A stretch of 32,000 nucleotides of DNA, from the NCBI RefSeq assembly GCF_000008385.1, contig NC_006833.1, positions 870,001 to 902,000 of the forward strand. The letters are read 5' to 3'. A program made the position numbers and the translations under genes. The notes beneath the pieces were generated by a model, which saw only the letters and a program-made list of their open reading frames with translations, had not been told where the DNA came from and did not search any database. This document shows positions 10,511 through 20,023 of this stretch, piece after piece. The DNA is from Wolbachia endosymbiont strain TRS of Brugia malayi. GTDB taxonomy: Bacteria; Pseudomonadota; Alphaproteobacteria; Rickettsiales; Anaplasmataceae. Within the stretch, counting starts at the first letter, position 1, and each line of letters starts with the position of its first letter.

Positions 10511-11068
10511 TCAGTCAATTTGTTTAATGCCAGCTAGAACATAATTATAACCAGACCACACAGTCATAACAGCTGCAATCCATAAACAAACTGCACCCAT
10601 ATATTGAACTGTCTCATAATCGTTCATTATTAGTGCCACTACAGCAACCATCTGTAAAAATGTTTTGATTTTTCCAGCTTTACTTACAGGTAAGCTAACA
10701 TTCTTAGCTATTAGAAACTCCCGCAAACCCGAAACTAATATCTCCCGACAAACGACTATAACTGATGGTACTATCGTGTAATCATTGATCTTATGCTTAT
10801 AAACCAGCATCATTATCGTTGAAACCACTATTAATTTATCAGCAATTGGATCAAATAGCCTGCCAAATTTTGATTGAACTTTCCACGCACGCGCTAGGTA
10901 ACCATCAAAAAAATCTGTAATGCACGCAAATATAAAGATTGATATTGTTATCAAGTTTGCATATCTATTTTCTATATAAAAACTCAATATTATTGCTGGT
11001 ATTGCAAGTGCACGGGAAATTGTAAGTGAATTAGGCAGGTTTTTCTTAAACATGTAGTGCAATTTCAA
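10511..11068 (-). CDS. pgsA: CDP-diacylglycerol--glycerol-3-phosphate 3-phosphatidyltransferase
   Basis: 185-aa ORF with CDP-alcohol phosphatidyltransferase motif DFFDGYLARAWKVQSKFGRLFDPIADK. Confidence 0.95.
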   Translation of the reverse strand: MKLHYMFKKNLPNSLTISRALAIPAIILSFYIENRYANLITISIFIFACITDFFDGYLARAWKVQSKFGRLFDPIADKLIVVSTIMMLVYKHKINDYTIVPSVIVVCREILVSGLREFLIAKNVSLPVSKAGKIKTFLQMVAVVALIMNDYETVQYMGAVCLWIAAVMTVWSGYNYVLAGIKQID

Positions 11069-11170
11069 TCCAGCATGATAAGCTTATACAGAAGTAGAGC
11101 ACAATTCACAAGTTAATAGTTTGCAATTGAACATTTACAAAAACCTAGTATACTTAAAAGTTTACTAGCC

Positions 11171-12520
11171 ATGAACTCAAAATATAAGGATGTAATGATG
11201 AATGATGATTTAGATAGTACAACAAAACAAGAGGCACTTAAGTATCACATTAGAGGTGGCAATCCTGGTAAAATATCCATCTTGCCAACAAAATCTTTGT
11301 CTACTCAGTATGACTTGTCACTTGCCTATTCTCCTGGAGTTGCAGCTCCATGCCTTGAAATAGCCAAAAATCCTGATGTGGTCTATGACTATACGGCAAA
11401 AAGCAACTGTGTTGCTGTTATTTCAAACGGCACTGCAGTACTTGGGCTCGGCAATATTGGTCCTCTTGCCTCAAAACCTGTTATGGAAGGCAAAGCTATG
11501 CTGTTTAAGCGTTTCGCTGATATTGACGCAGTTGATATAGAAGTCGATACAGAAAATATAGAAGACTTTATCAATGCAGTAAGATACCTTGGGCCAAGCT
11601 GGGGAGGAATAAATTTAGAGGATATAAGATCCCCCGATTGTTTTATAATAGAGAAACGTCTGAATGAATTAATGGACATTCCAGTGTTTCACGATGACCA
11701 ACATGGAACTGCAGTGGTTGTTGCAGCTGGCATAGAAAATGCTCTTGATATTGCTGGAAAGAAATTAGAGGACGTTAAGATCATCATGAATGGTGCTGGA
11801 GCAGCCGGTATTGCATGTTTAGAAATACTCAAGTCCATGGGCGCTAAAAATATAGTGCTATGTGATAAACAAGGAGTAATATACAAAGGTAGAAATGAGG
11901 ACATGAATGAGTGGAAGGAAAAATACGCAACTGATACTAAAGAACGTTCTCTACTTGATGCAATAAAAGACACTGATGTATTTATCGGGCTATCTGCAAA
12001 GGATGCATTAAATGAAGAGATGTTAAAAAACATGGGTCAAAACCCAATTATTTTTGCTCTTGCTAATCCTGACCCAGAAGTAAGGCCTGAGCTTGCAAAA
12101 TCTGTGAGGCCAGACGCAATAATTGCAACTGGTAGATCAGATTATAACAACCAAGTTAACAACGTAATGGGGTTTCCTTATATATTCAGAGGAGCACTCG
12201 ATGTACATGCAATGACAATAAATAATGAAATGAAAATCGCAGCTGCAGATGCAATAGCAAAGCTCGCTCGTGAACCAGCACCTGACGAGATATCTGCAGT
12301 CTATGGTGGCCGTAAAATGAGCTACGGACGTGAATACATAATACCTACCCCTTTTGACCCAAGACTAGTTTCTATAGTATCTCCTGCCGTTGCAAAAGCT
12401 GCAGTTTGCTCAGGTGTTGCAAAAAAGGAAATACAAGATTGGAGCAAATATGCAAATCAATTAAAATCTCGTCTTGCTAATGCTCTTAACACGCTGAACC
12501 TATTGTCCTCACAATATTAG
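11171..12520 (+). CDS. maeB: NAD(P)-dependent malic enzyme
   Basis: 449-aa ORF; YSPGVAAPCLEI, NGTAVLGLGNIGPLASKPVMEGK, FHDDQHGTAVVVAAG, IIMNGAGAAGIACLE. Confidence 0.95.
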   Translation: MNSKYKDVMMNDDLDSTTKQEALKYHIRGGNPGKISILPTKSLSTQYDLSLAYSPGVAAPCLEIAKNPDVVYDYTAKSNCVAVISNGTAVLGLGNIGPLASKPVMEGKAMLFKRFADIDAVDIEVDTENIEDFINAVRYLGPSWGGINLEDIRSPDCFIIEKRLNELMDIPVFHDDQHGTAVVVAAGIENALDIAGKKLEDVKIIMNGAGAAGIACLEILKSMGAKNIVLCDKQGVIYKGRNEDMNEWKEKYATDTKERSLLDAIKDTDVFIGLSAKDALNEEMLKNMGQNPIIFALANPDPEVRPELAKSVRPDAIIATGRSDYNNQVNNVMGFPYIFRGALDVHAMTINNEMKIAAADAIAKLAREPAPDEISAVYGGRKMSYGREYIIPTPFDPRLVSIVSPAVAKAAVCSGVAKKEIQDWSKYANQLKSRLANALNTLNLLSSQY

Positions 12521-12598
12521 CAACTTATAACCAATAATTTAATTGCATACAGTTGTTTCAGATTTATAATATAAAGTATTGTAATTTAAAGTAAATGA

Positions 12599-12817
12599 AT
12601 GGTTATTGTAATTCATGAATTAGGGGAAATTATCAGACAATTATTTTCTGATGCTGACATAAAGATTAATGATCTTGCTGGAGATGATAGTCATTACTAT
12701 TTAAAAATAACCTCCAAGCACTTTCTCGAAAAGACAAAAATAGAACAGTACAGAATAGCATATAAGGCCTTAGAAGGTCAGTCTATACATGCATTGCAAT
12801 TAGAAACTAGTACTTAG
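12599..12817 (+). CDS. bolA: BolA-family protein
   Basis: 72-aa ORF; DDSHYYLKITSKHFLEKTKIEQYRIAYKAL; sits directly upstream of the CGFS glutaredoxin. Confidence 0.88.
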   Translation: MVIVIHELGEIIRQLFSDADIKINDLAGDDSHYYLKITSKHFLEKTKIEQYRIAYKALEGQSIHALQLETST

Positions 12818-12833
12818 AATTAAGGTAATATTT

Positions 12834-13154
12834 ATGAGCAATTTCGAACAAATAAAAAAAGACATAACAGAAAATGATGTGGTGTTATACATGAAAGGTA
12901 CATCTGATTTTCCTCAATGCGGATTCTCTGGACTTGTTGTATCAATCCTCAAAAAATTGAATGTGAAATTTAAGTACATCAACGTTTTAGAAAATGATGA
13001 GATACGTCAGTCCATAAAAAAGTTTTCTAATTGGCCAACAATTCCACAACTATACATAAAAGGAGAGTTTATTGGTGGCTGTGATATTACTCGCGAGATA
13101 TATGAAAAAGGCGAGTTACAGAGTTTGCTAAAAGAAAAAAAGATTGTTGAATAA
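12834..13154 (+). CDS. grxD: Monothiol glutaredoxin (CGFS-type, Grx4/GrxD family)
   Basis: 106-aa ORF; VVLYMKGTSDFPQCGFSG, WPTIPQLYIKGEFIGGCDI. Confidence 0.96.
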   Translation: MSNFEQIKKDITENDVVLYMKGTSDFPQCGFSGLVVSILKKLNVKFKYINVLENDEIRQSIKKFSNWPTIPQLYIKGEFIGGCDITREIYEKGELQSLLKEKKIVE

Positions 13155-13186
13155 AATTTTAAAAAAACTTGGGCTCCTGAAAGCTA

Positions 13187-14110
13187 AACCCTATACCAGA
13201 TTTAACAAATGAGTAGCCTAATGCTATTAATTTTATAGGCTTATCTTTATTATTTGCCACTATTCAAACTCCATCGCTCTTACGGTCAATGATTTTTATT
13301 GGTGTAAATACTACATAATTATTGTCATCAACGATCTTTACCCCAAGAATACCTTCATCATTTAAGCCAAGAGCCAAAGAAGGAATCTTACATGCAAACT
13401 TTTTGCCCAAAAGGCAGCTTTACATTGGCAGTTGGTCCTTGCAAAAACATAATTTCATCATTAATTATCTTCACCTCTACCCTATAAGATCCAGTTTTAG
13501 GTTCAACAATTTTACTAACAAAACTTACTTTGCCCTCCAATTTCCTTTCGTCTAGCAAATCAATTTGAGCTGTGCTGCCTAGTTTTACCTTGTTTACTTC
13601 ACCTTCCGAAAGGTATAACACCACAAGAACTTGATCAAAATTAGCCACGTCAGTTATTTTTTGACCAGCGTTAATAAAATTCCCTTTGTTTATGTGGATT
13701 TTATCTACGTAGCCATCAATAGGAGACTTAACTGCAGTACTTCTAAATTCAATTCTAGCCCCTTTAGGTCAGCTTTTGCACTTTTGCAACGCAGTAAAAG
13801 CTGCTTCTACTTGTACTTGCGCTTTATAGCCTCTTTTACTAAGCTTGACCAAGGAGTCATATTCAACTTCGCGCTGCTTTAACAAAGCTCTGGCCTTTTC
13901 AACTTGTTCAGCTCTGCCATGATCTTCTATTTTCAACACTACATTATCCTTTTTTACCTTCCCACCATCAGATAAATAAATAGCAGCAACTTTACCACTC
14001 ACTTCCAAGGTAAGGTTGGCCTATGTAAGGGATTTACTGTACCAGAAAAATTCAAATATACAGTGCGATTTCGCGCTTCATTATTTTTGAACTTTTACTG
14101 AAAAGCCATT
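13187..14110 (-). pseudogene. RND-type efflux membrane fusion protein (HlyD/AcrA-like), decayed
   Basis: Fragments LEVSGKVAAIYLSDGGKVKKDNVVLKIEDHG..., STAVKSPIDGYVDKIHINKGNFINAGQKITDVANFDQVLVVLYLSEGEV..., CKIPSLALGLNDEGILGVKIVDDNNYVVFTPIKIIDRKSDGV(TGA)IVANNKDKPIKLIALGYSFVKSGI, separated by frameshifts and an in-frame TGA. Confidence 0.88.
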
Positions 14111-14350
14111 AGTTATATTATTACATAAACCACTTGACCTTTCTTTAAAAACACATTTTTAATAAAAAACAGTAAAATAGGAGCAATACCAGAAATAATG
14201 ATTACTTTACTTCTCATCTTTAAGTAATAAAATTTGTTGACCAATTTTGTTAAAACGATCGCATAAATTAAATTTTTGAATTAGGAATACTAAGTGAGTA
14301 TATTGCTTCCATTGCCACTTCACAAATAGTTCTGTAAATAAGCCCACAAT

Positions 14351-14424
14351 GGGACTAGTGCGACTTGAACGCACGACCTTCGGATTAGGAATCCAACGCT
14401 CTATCCTACTGAGCTATAGTCCCG
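14351..14424 (-). tRNA. tRNA-Arg(CCT)
   Basis: Minus-strand GGGACTATAGCTCAGTAGGATAGAGCGTTGGATTCCTAATCCGAAGGTCGTGCGTTCAAGTCGCACTAGTCCCA folds as a cloverleaf; acceptor GGGACTA/TAGTCCC; anticodon loop TTCCTAA. Confidence 0.96.
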
Positions 14425-14575
14425 TGTTTTCTATTATTTGTGCAAGATTATAGCAAAAATCCTGTATTCTCCTAGATCTCTTGCATAACCAATTTACAAC
14501 AGCATAAAACATTTTTGTATATTTCTTGAGTACAATGTTATTATACTTAATAACACAGTTTAAGTTGAAAGGTTA

Positions 14576-15352
14576 ATGTTAGTTAACAACATCAGTTATC
14601 TTTATAACAATCAAGACGACTTTGCTTTAAATAACATAAACATTAAAGTAAAAAGAGGAAAAGTTGCGTGTCTATTGGGGCATTCAGGCTGCGGCAAGTC
14701 AACAATTCTGAAACTAATTGCAGGAATAGAAAATCCAAAATCTGGAACCATTTTTATAAATGATAAGCTAGTTGCAAGCAGTAGCACATCAATTGCCATA
14801 GAGCATAGAAATATCGGATTGATCTTTCAGCATTCTGCATTATTTCCTCACAAAACAGTAGTAGAGAACGTAACTTTTGCTATTCGCAGTTCTTCCAAGA
14901 AAGAAAAGCATCTCATTGCATTGGAAATTTTGAAACTATTGAACATAGCAAAATATGAAAACATGTATCCTAATGCTTTATCTGGAGGGCAGCAACAATT
15001 AGTTGCAATAGCAAGAGTAATGGCACAAAACCCTGATGTTGTTTTGCTCGACGAGCCATTTTCTAACTTAGATATACTATTAAAGTGTCAAATAAGACAA
15101 CGTATATTATCTCTCTTTAGAAGTAAAAACATTCCTGTGCTAATGGTAACTCACGACCCGCAAGAAGCATTGAAAGTCGCAGATTTTATCTATGTAATGA
15201 AAAATGGTAGAATTATTCAGTCGGGAATTTCTAGTGATATATATCACAGGCCTAAAGATGATACGCTAGCAAAGTTCTTCAGTGAACTCTCTTCTACTCT
15301 ACAGTTAGGTGAGAAGTTTCCACTTGATGGCGCATTTGCTGTAAGAAAATAA
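14576..15352 (+). CDS. ABC transporter ATP-binding protein (Fe(III)/spermidine-type importer ATPase)
   Basis: 258-aa ORF; Walker A GHSGCGKST, signature LSGGQQQLVAIARVMAQNP, Walker B VVLLDEP, H-loop VTHDPQEAL; substrate uncertain. Confidence 0.92.
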   Translation: MLVNNISYLYNNQDDFALNNINIKVKRGKVACLLGHSGCGKSTILKLIAGIENPKSGTIFINDKLVASSSTSIAIEHRNIGLIFQHSALFPHKTVVENVTFAIRSSSKKEKHLIALEILKLLNIAKYENMYPNALSGGQQQLVAIARVMAQNPDVVLLDEPFSNLDILLKCQIRQRILSLFRSKNIPVLMVTHDPQEALKVADFIYVMKNGRIIQSGISSDIYHRPKDDTLAKFFSELSSTLQLGEKFPLDGAFAVRK

Positions 15353-15486
15353 TCTAGTCTAAAATTATTATAAAATAGAACTAAACATTAAAAAATTTTG
15401 ATCTATAATTAAATAAAAGGCGATATAATTACTTGACTTCAGTCGGGTTTTAATATCTAAATTAACATCTTAAATGGAGGTACACA

Positions 15487-15654
15487 ATGAGTTTAGGCCC
15501 ATGGCAATTATTTCTAGTCTTAATAATAATATTAGTTCTGTTTGGCGCAGGTAGGTTACCACAAGTTATGGGTGACTTAGGAAAAGGTATTAAAAACCTT
15601 AAACAAGAACTTAAGGACTCAGAGAAACTATCATCTAACGAACCAGATCGTTAG
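15487..15654 (+). CDS. tatA: Sec-independent translocase protein TatA/E
   Basis: 55 aa: [55 protein letters not shown]; classic TatA TM plus FGAGRLP hinge; not in the supplied ORF track (too short). Confidence 0.95.
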   Translation: MSLGPWQLFLVLIIILVLFGAGRLPQVMGDLGKGIKNLKQELKDSEKLSSNEPDR

Positions 15655-15668
15655 CGTCTTCATACTTC

Positions 15669-15695
15669 ATGATATGCACTTTCAGTGCGTATCAT
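15669..15695 (+). terminator. Possible intrinsic terminator or stabilising hairpin downstream of tatA
   Basis: atgatatgcac-tttca-gtgcgtatcat, 11-bp stem with one G:U, but only a weak T tract after it. Confidence 0.45.
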
Positions 15696-15802
15696 TTGTT
15701 AAAAACTTGGTTAGGTTAAAGAATTAAAGAGAGGTGAAATATCAGATTGAAATACGGCGATAATTGTGTTAATTAGAAGGAATAGTTTGTTGAAGGGTAA
15801 CT

Positions 15803-16459
15803 GTGCAAAAAAGTGAGAAACTAGCCGAAAATAAAAAATTAGCGTCTGACATTCTAAAAGAAGTTGCAGACACCAATAATGCTAATAACGATAAAGTGAC
15901 ATTGTTTGATGTTAAAGCAGCTTTGCAAGAGCGCGGTTTTGGTATTTTAATAATTATTTTTTCCTTGCCACTATCGGTGCCTATACCAGTTCCACCTGGC
16001 TATACAACTATACTTTCTATACCTCTAATCCTATTTGCACTACAGCTTTTGTTTGGTTTCCACTCTCCTTGGATGCCTCACTGGTTGGAAAGGAAATCTT
16101 TCCAATGTTCAACGCTAGCTCTTGTGGTAGAAAAAACTTCCCCTGCGTTAAAAAAAATAGAAAAGTTCATGAGACCAAGAATGTCTTTTATTTTCTATGG
16201 ACCAGGCGAAAAGATTTTAGCATTTATAATGCTGCTCTGCGCATTATCTATAGCCATTCCACTGCCTTTAACTAACTTTATTCCTGCAATCGGCACAACT
16301 CTCATTTCACTTGGCATTATGAGTAAAGACGGACTTCTCTCTATCTTGGGAGTCTTAGTATCACTGTGCGGGTTATTACTTACTCTTGTTGTACTAGTCA
16401 AAGGACCACAGCTCATACTTGGAGCATTTTCTTTTCTAAAAAGTTTTGTATATGGTTAG
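15803..16459 (+). CDS. ExoD-family (exopolysaccharide synthesis) membrane protein
   Basis: 218-aa ORF; GILIIIFSLPLSVPIPVPPGYTTILSIPLILFALQLLFG and ALSIAIPLPLTNFIPAIGTTLISLGIMSKDGLL. Confidence 0.85.
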   Translation: MQKSEKLAENKKLASDILKEVADTNNANNDKVTLFDVKAALQERGFGILIIIFSLPLSVPIPVPPGYTTILSIPLILFALQLLFGFHSPWMPHWLERKSFQCSTLALVVEKTSPALKKIEKFMRPRMSFIFYGPGEKILAFIMLLCALSIAIPLPLTNFIPAIGTTLISLGIMSKDGLLSILGVLVSLCGLLLTLVVLVKGPQLILGAFSFLKSFVYG

Positions 16460-16522
16460 GCTTTACAACACTTTAACAAAAAAAAAGAGCTTTTTACACC
16501 GATCAATAAAGATCATGTAACA

Positions 16523-17824
16523 ATGTATGTTTGCGGACCAACGGTATATGATACAGCACACATAGGTAATGCACGTTCTATTGTTGTTTACGACGTGTTA
16601 TTTCAACTGCTTAAATTTTGTTATGGCAAAGCCACTTACGTGCGTAATATAACCGACATTGACGATAAGATAATAAATGCAGCAAATGAGAAAGACAGCA
16701 GTATAGAAAGTATCAGCACATATTATACTAGGGCTTTTCACGAAGATATGAGAAGCATAAATTGTGTAGAACCAACACATGAGCCAAAAGCAGCGGAAAA
16801 TATAAAATACATTATCGAATTAATCGAATATTTATTGCAATCTGGTCACGCTTATGAATCCAATAAACATATATACTTTAGCATAGAGTCTTACCCTGAG
16901 TATGGCGCTCTATCAGGAAAAAAAATTGATGAATTGGAGCATGGTAGCAGAGTTGAAGTTGGCGAAAATAAAAAGCATCCAGGAGATTTCGTACTGTGGA
17001 AACCTGCAAACGACACTGATTACAAGCTTTCAAGTTACTGGAATAGCCCATGGGGAGAAGGAAGACCAGGATGGCACATAGAATGTTCAGCAATGTCATA
17101 TGCTTACCTCGGCAAAGATTTTGATATTCATGGTGGTGGTATAGATTTGCAATTTCCTCATCACGAAAATGAAATTGCACAAAATAAATCTGCATTTGCT
17201 GGATCAATGTTTGCAAAATATTGGGTACATAATGGTTCTCTTACAGTAAACAAAGAGAAAATGAGCAAATCTTTATTTAATATAGTTAAGGTAAGAGATT
17301 TACTGGATAGCGGAATAAAGGGTGAAGTAATACGTTACGCACTGTTCAAAACTCACTACAGAAAACCACTAGATTGGACAGAAAGTGTTATTTCTGAATC
17401 GCAAGAAACTTTAAATAAATTTTATCGGTTACTACGTGGCATAGATGTAGCAAGCATCGAAAAGAGTGATGTAGAAGTCTCTAGAGACTTTATAGAAACT
17501 TTAAAAAACGACCTAAATATTCCTGAAGCTTTAGCTATATTGCATGAAATGGCTACCAAAATTAATAAAACAAATAATGAGAATGAGAAGCTCAAATTAA
17601 CTGAAAGTTTTATTAAGAGCGCAAGGTTTATTGGTCTTCTTGAGTCAAGCTATCAAGAGTGGTTCACTGCCGGTATAAGTTATCAAGAAATAAAAAGATT
17701 GATAGATTTAAGAAAAGTAGCAAAACAAAATAAAGATTACGATGCTGCAGATAAAATAAGAGATCAATTAAAACAAATGGGAGTTACAATTTCTGACAAT
17801 GAAGACGGTACAACAACCTGGTAA
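16523..17824 (+). CDS. cysS: Cysteinyl-tRNA synthetase
   Basis: 433-aa ORF beginning [39 protein letters not shown]; KMSKS. The conserved N-terminal segment [11 protein letters not shown]... starts at 16452 but is out of frame at the A9 tract 16478-16486. Confidence 0.93.
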   Translation: [433 protein letters not shown]

Positions 17825-17830
17825 ATTCAT

Positions 17831-18247
17831 ATGGAAAATTATCTCCTGCTGTTCACAGATAACCTAGTATCATCGCTGATTTTACCTATACACCAAAGTT
17901 TTGTGTTTTATACTATGTTGTATTTCAGGTCATATTATAATCCACTACTTACGTTACTCTTTGGAGTACTGGGATCAAGCGTTGGTGGAATGGTCAATTG
18001 GTACTTAGGTAGAATAACAATTTCTATTAGGAAATCATACCACAAATTAGAGAACGAGTATAAAACACCAAGAATCATAAAAAACCTACTGATCTATGCA
18101 GTTGCATTACTCTCGTGGGTGCCAGCATTTGGAAGCGTAATACAAGTTTTATCAGGTTATTTTAAATTAAACCTCAGTATCTTTACTTTATTAACCATTT
18201 TATCTAATCTTTTTTACTTGTTATGCCTAATCATTACTGTTCAATAG
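17831..18247 (+). CDS. YqaA/DedA-like membrane protein
   Basis: 138-aa ORF; NPLLTLLFGVLGSSVGGMVNWYLGR and LLSWVPAFGSVIQVLSGYFKLNLSIFTLL. Confidence 0.75.
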   Translation: MENYLLLFTDNLVSSLILPIHQSFVFYTMLYFRSYYNPLLTLLFGVLGSSVGGMVNWYLGRITISIRKSYHKLENEYKTPRIIKNLLIYAVALLSWVPAFGSVIQVLSGYFKLNLSIFTLLTILSNLFYLLCLIITVQ

Positions 18248-18310
18248 TTATTATCAAGTAGCTGAGCTAGCTATTAGTTTTTAAAACTCTCCCTCTACTT
18301 TTCTAAATAT

Positions 18311-18900
18311 TCAATATATCTTCGTGCAGTGCAGTCCAAGATATTCGCTTCTCATATTAGGCATAAGTTTTTGCTTCCAAGTGTTCTTAAATTCTTGAAA
18401 CCATTGCTTCTCAAAATTTTGAAAATCAGTCAAAATTTTTAACCTAAACTTATCAATCAAATTTGAAACTTCTACAACTTTTTCAGGGCTTACAGTCTTT
18501 AAAGACAATACTTCATTCTTTAATATATCCAACTTTACTAAAATATTAGGCTTAAACGGTATATAAAGTGAAGATCTTATATTGTATCTTAGATAAGAGC
18601 TGTAATACAGCTTGATATTATACATTAACGTAGCAAAGCATCAGAAGAAATGCTATTTTTATATTGTGCAAGAGAGGACAATAAACACTTGTAATCTATT
18701 TTATTTAAAAATGGTGTTTGTAAACTTAACTTAATTCTATCACTCAAAGATGTGAATTTTTGAAAACATAACTGCCATACTCGCTTAAAAGTTCAGGCAA
18801 AATATCTTCCTGTCTAGCTTTGGAAGCAACTCTTTTACGATCTCTTTTGGTAATGGCTTATTGAAAACTGATTGATGACCCATGCAAAATTCTCTTCAAA
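18311..18900 (-). pseudogene. Unidentified decayed coding region
   Basis: 104-aa ORF 18311..18625 plus upstream fragments in other frames (MGHQSVFNKPLPKEI; SLQTPFLNKIDYKCLLSSLAQYKNSISSDALLR); family not recognised. Confidence 0.4.
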
Positions 18901-19049
18901 CTCTCTGTGTAATCAGTGTTACTATCAGGAAAAATTACATTGTTCTCTTTGTCATTTCAAGGCAATATTTTTTAAAAAAATTTGTTTGACCTTTTTTTTA
19001 ATTTTAAAATATTCTCACTTTTATCACCGCCTCACACAAAATCTCACTT

Positions 19050-19565
19050 ACTTTTTGCTCCACGTCTTTAGGACTGACCTTATCACCTATATGCAATCCA
19101 ATGCTATTTTTCTAATAATTTCCAATCAAACAACTTATGTGGATCAGGCTTACGCACCCACGTAGACCTCAATAGCTGAGTTATATACTATAGTGCCTAT
19201 TTCAGCGTGATTAAATACCATATCTTTCTTAATCTTAAAGCGTTTCATAAGGTATAAAATCAGACCTTTGACAGATTTTATTTATTCTCCTGGGAAAGGT
19301 TCAAGTCCTGTGTTCACAATTTCTATGCCTATAGAACAATCATTCAGCTTCTGTAGTTCTTTAATCACACTATCTACTTGAACTCTTGCACAACTGATAC
19401 CAGCATGCCATGCCCTTTTTTCTAATGGAACCATCAAAATAATGCTACCATTTCTATTAACAATAAGCTGCACTGATATTCTTCTGAAATTTAACGCATC
19501 TTTTGTGCTTTTTAATGTCGGGATTCGATATGGTGCACTATCACCATCAATATCTTTCTGTCACT
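19050..19565 (-). pseudogene. N-acetylmuramoyl-L-alanine amidase (AmpD/AmiD-like), decayed
   Basis: Fragments PAPNLNYDGR, LKSTKDALN, LIVNRNGSIILMVPLEKRAWHAGISC, CSIGIEIVNTGLEPFPGE and DPHKLFDWK, split by stops and frame changes; boundaries approximate. Confidence 0.82.
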
Positions 19566-19634
19566 CTACCATCATAATTTAAATTTGGTGCAGGGTCTAA
19601 AAATAGCAGACTTTTTAAGGATGATAGATTTTTT

Positions 19635-19832
19635 TTAATCTTGAAAATCTTCCTCAATGCTATTTGAATAAAATTGTTGCTCAGATACAGTAAGCATTGA
19701 AGTCACAACAAGCAACAAAAGCACAGAGGCAAACAGAGCTGATAGATATTTCTTACTATAAACTTCATGCAGTTCTAACATCCCACAAATCGCAGAAACT
19801 ATCTGTAATATAACTAAATTAATACAGTACAT
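19635..19832 (-). CDS. Small hydrophobic ORF, hypothetical
   Basis: 65-aa ORF with a TM-like stretch (YLSALFASVLLLLVVTSMLTV); flanked by decayed genes, so it may be a remnant. Confidence 0.3.
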   Translation of the reverse strand: MYCINLVILQIVSAICGMLELHEVYSKKYLSALFASVLLLLVVTSMLTVSEQQFYSNSIEEDFQD

Positions 19833-20023
19833 ATAAAATGATATTTATTTAACTTTTTTCTAGCCAGTGTGCCTATCAAGGTTTGCTGCAGCTACAATTA
19901 GTACTTTTATCATTACATTTTGATGTTAAATCAGGATAGAACGTAAGAATAGCACTATTCTTTCTCACAAATACTGATTGATAACTATAATCTTCCATTT
20001 TATATAGCACATTCCATCTTTTT

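Noticed and set aside
11389-12033. Minus-strand ORFs inside maeB
   Set aside because: Antisense to a strongly conserved coding region.
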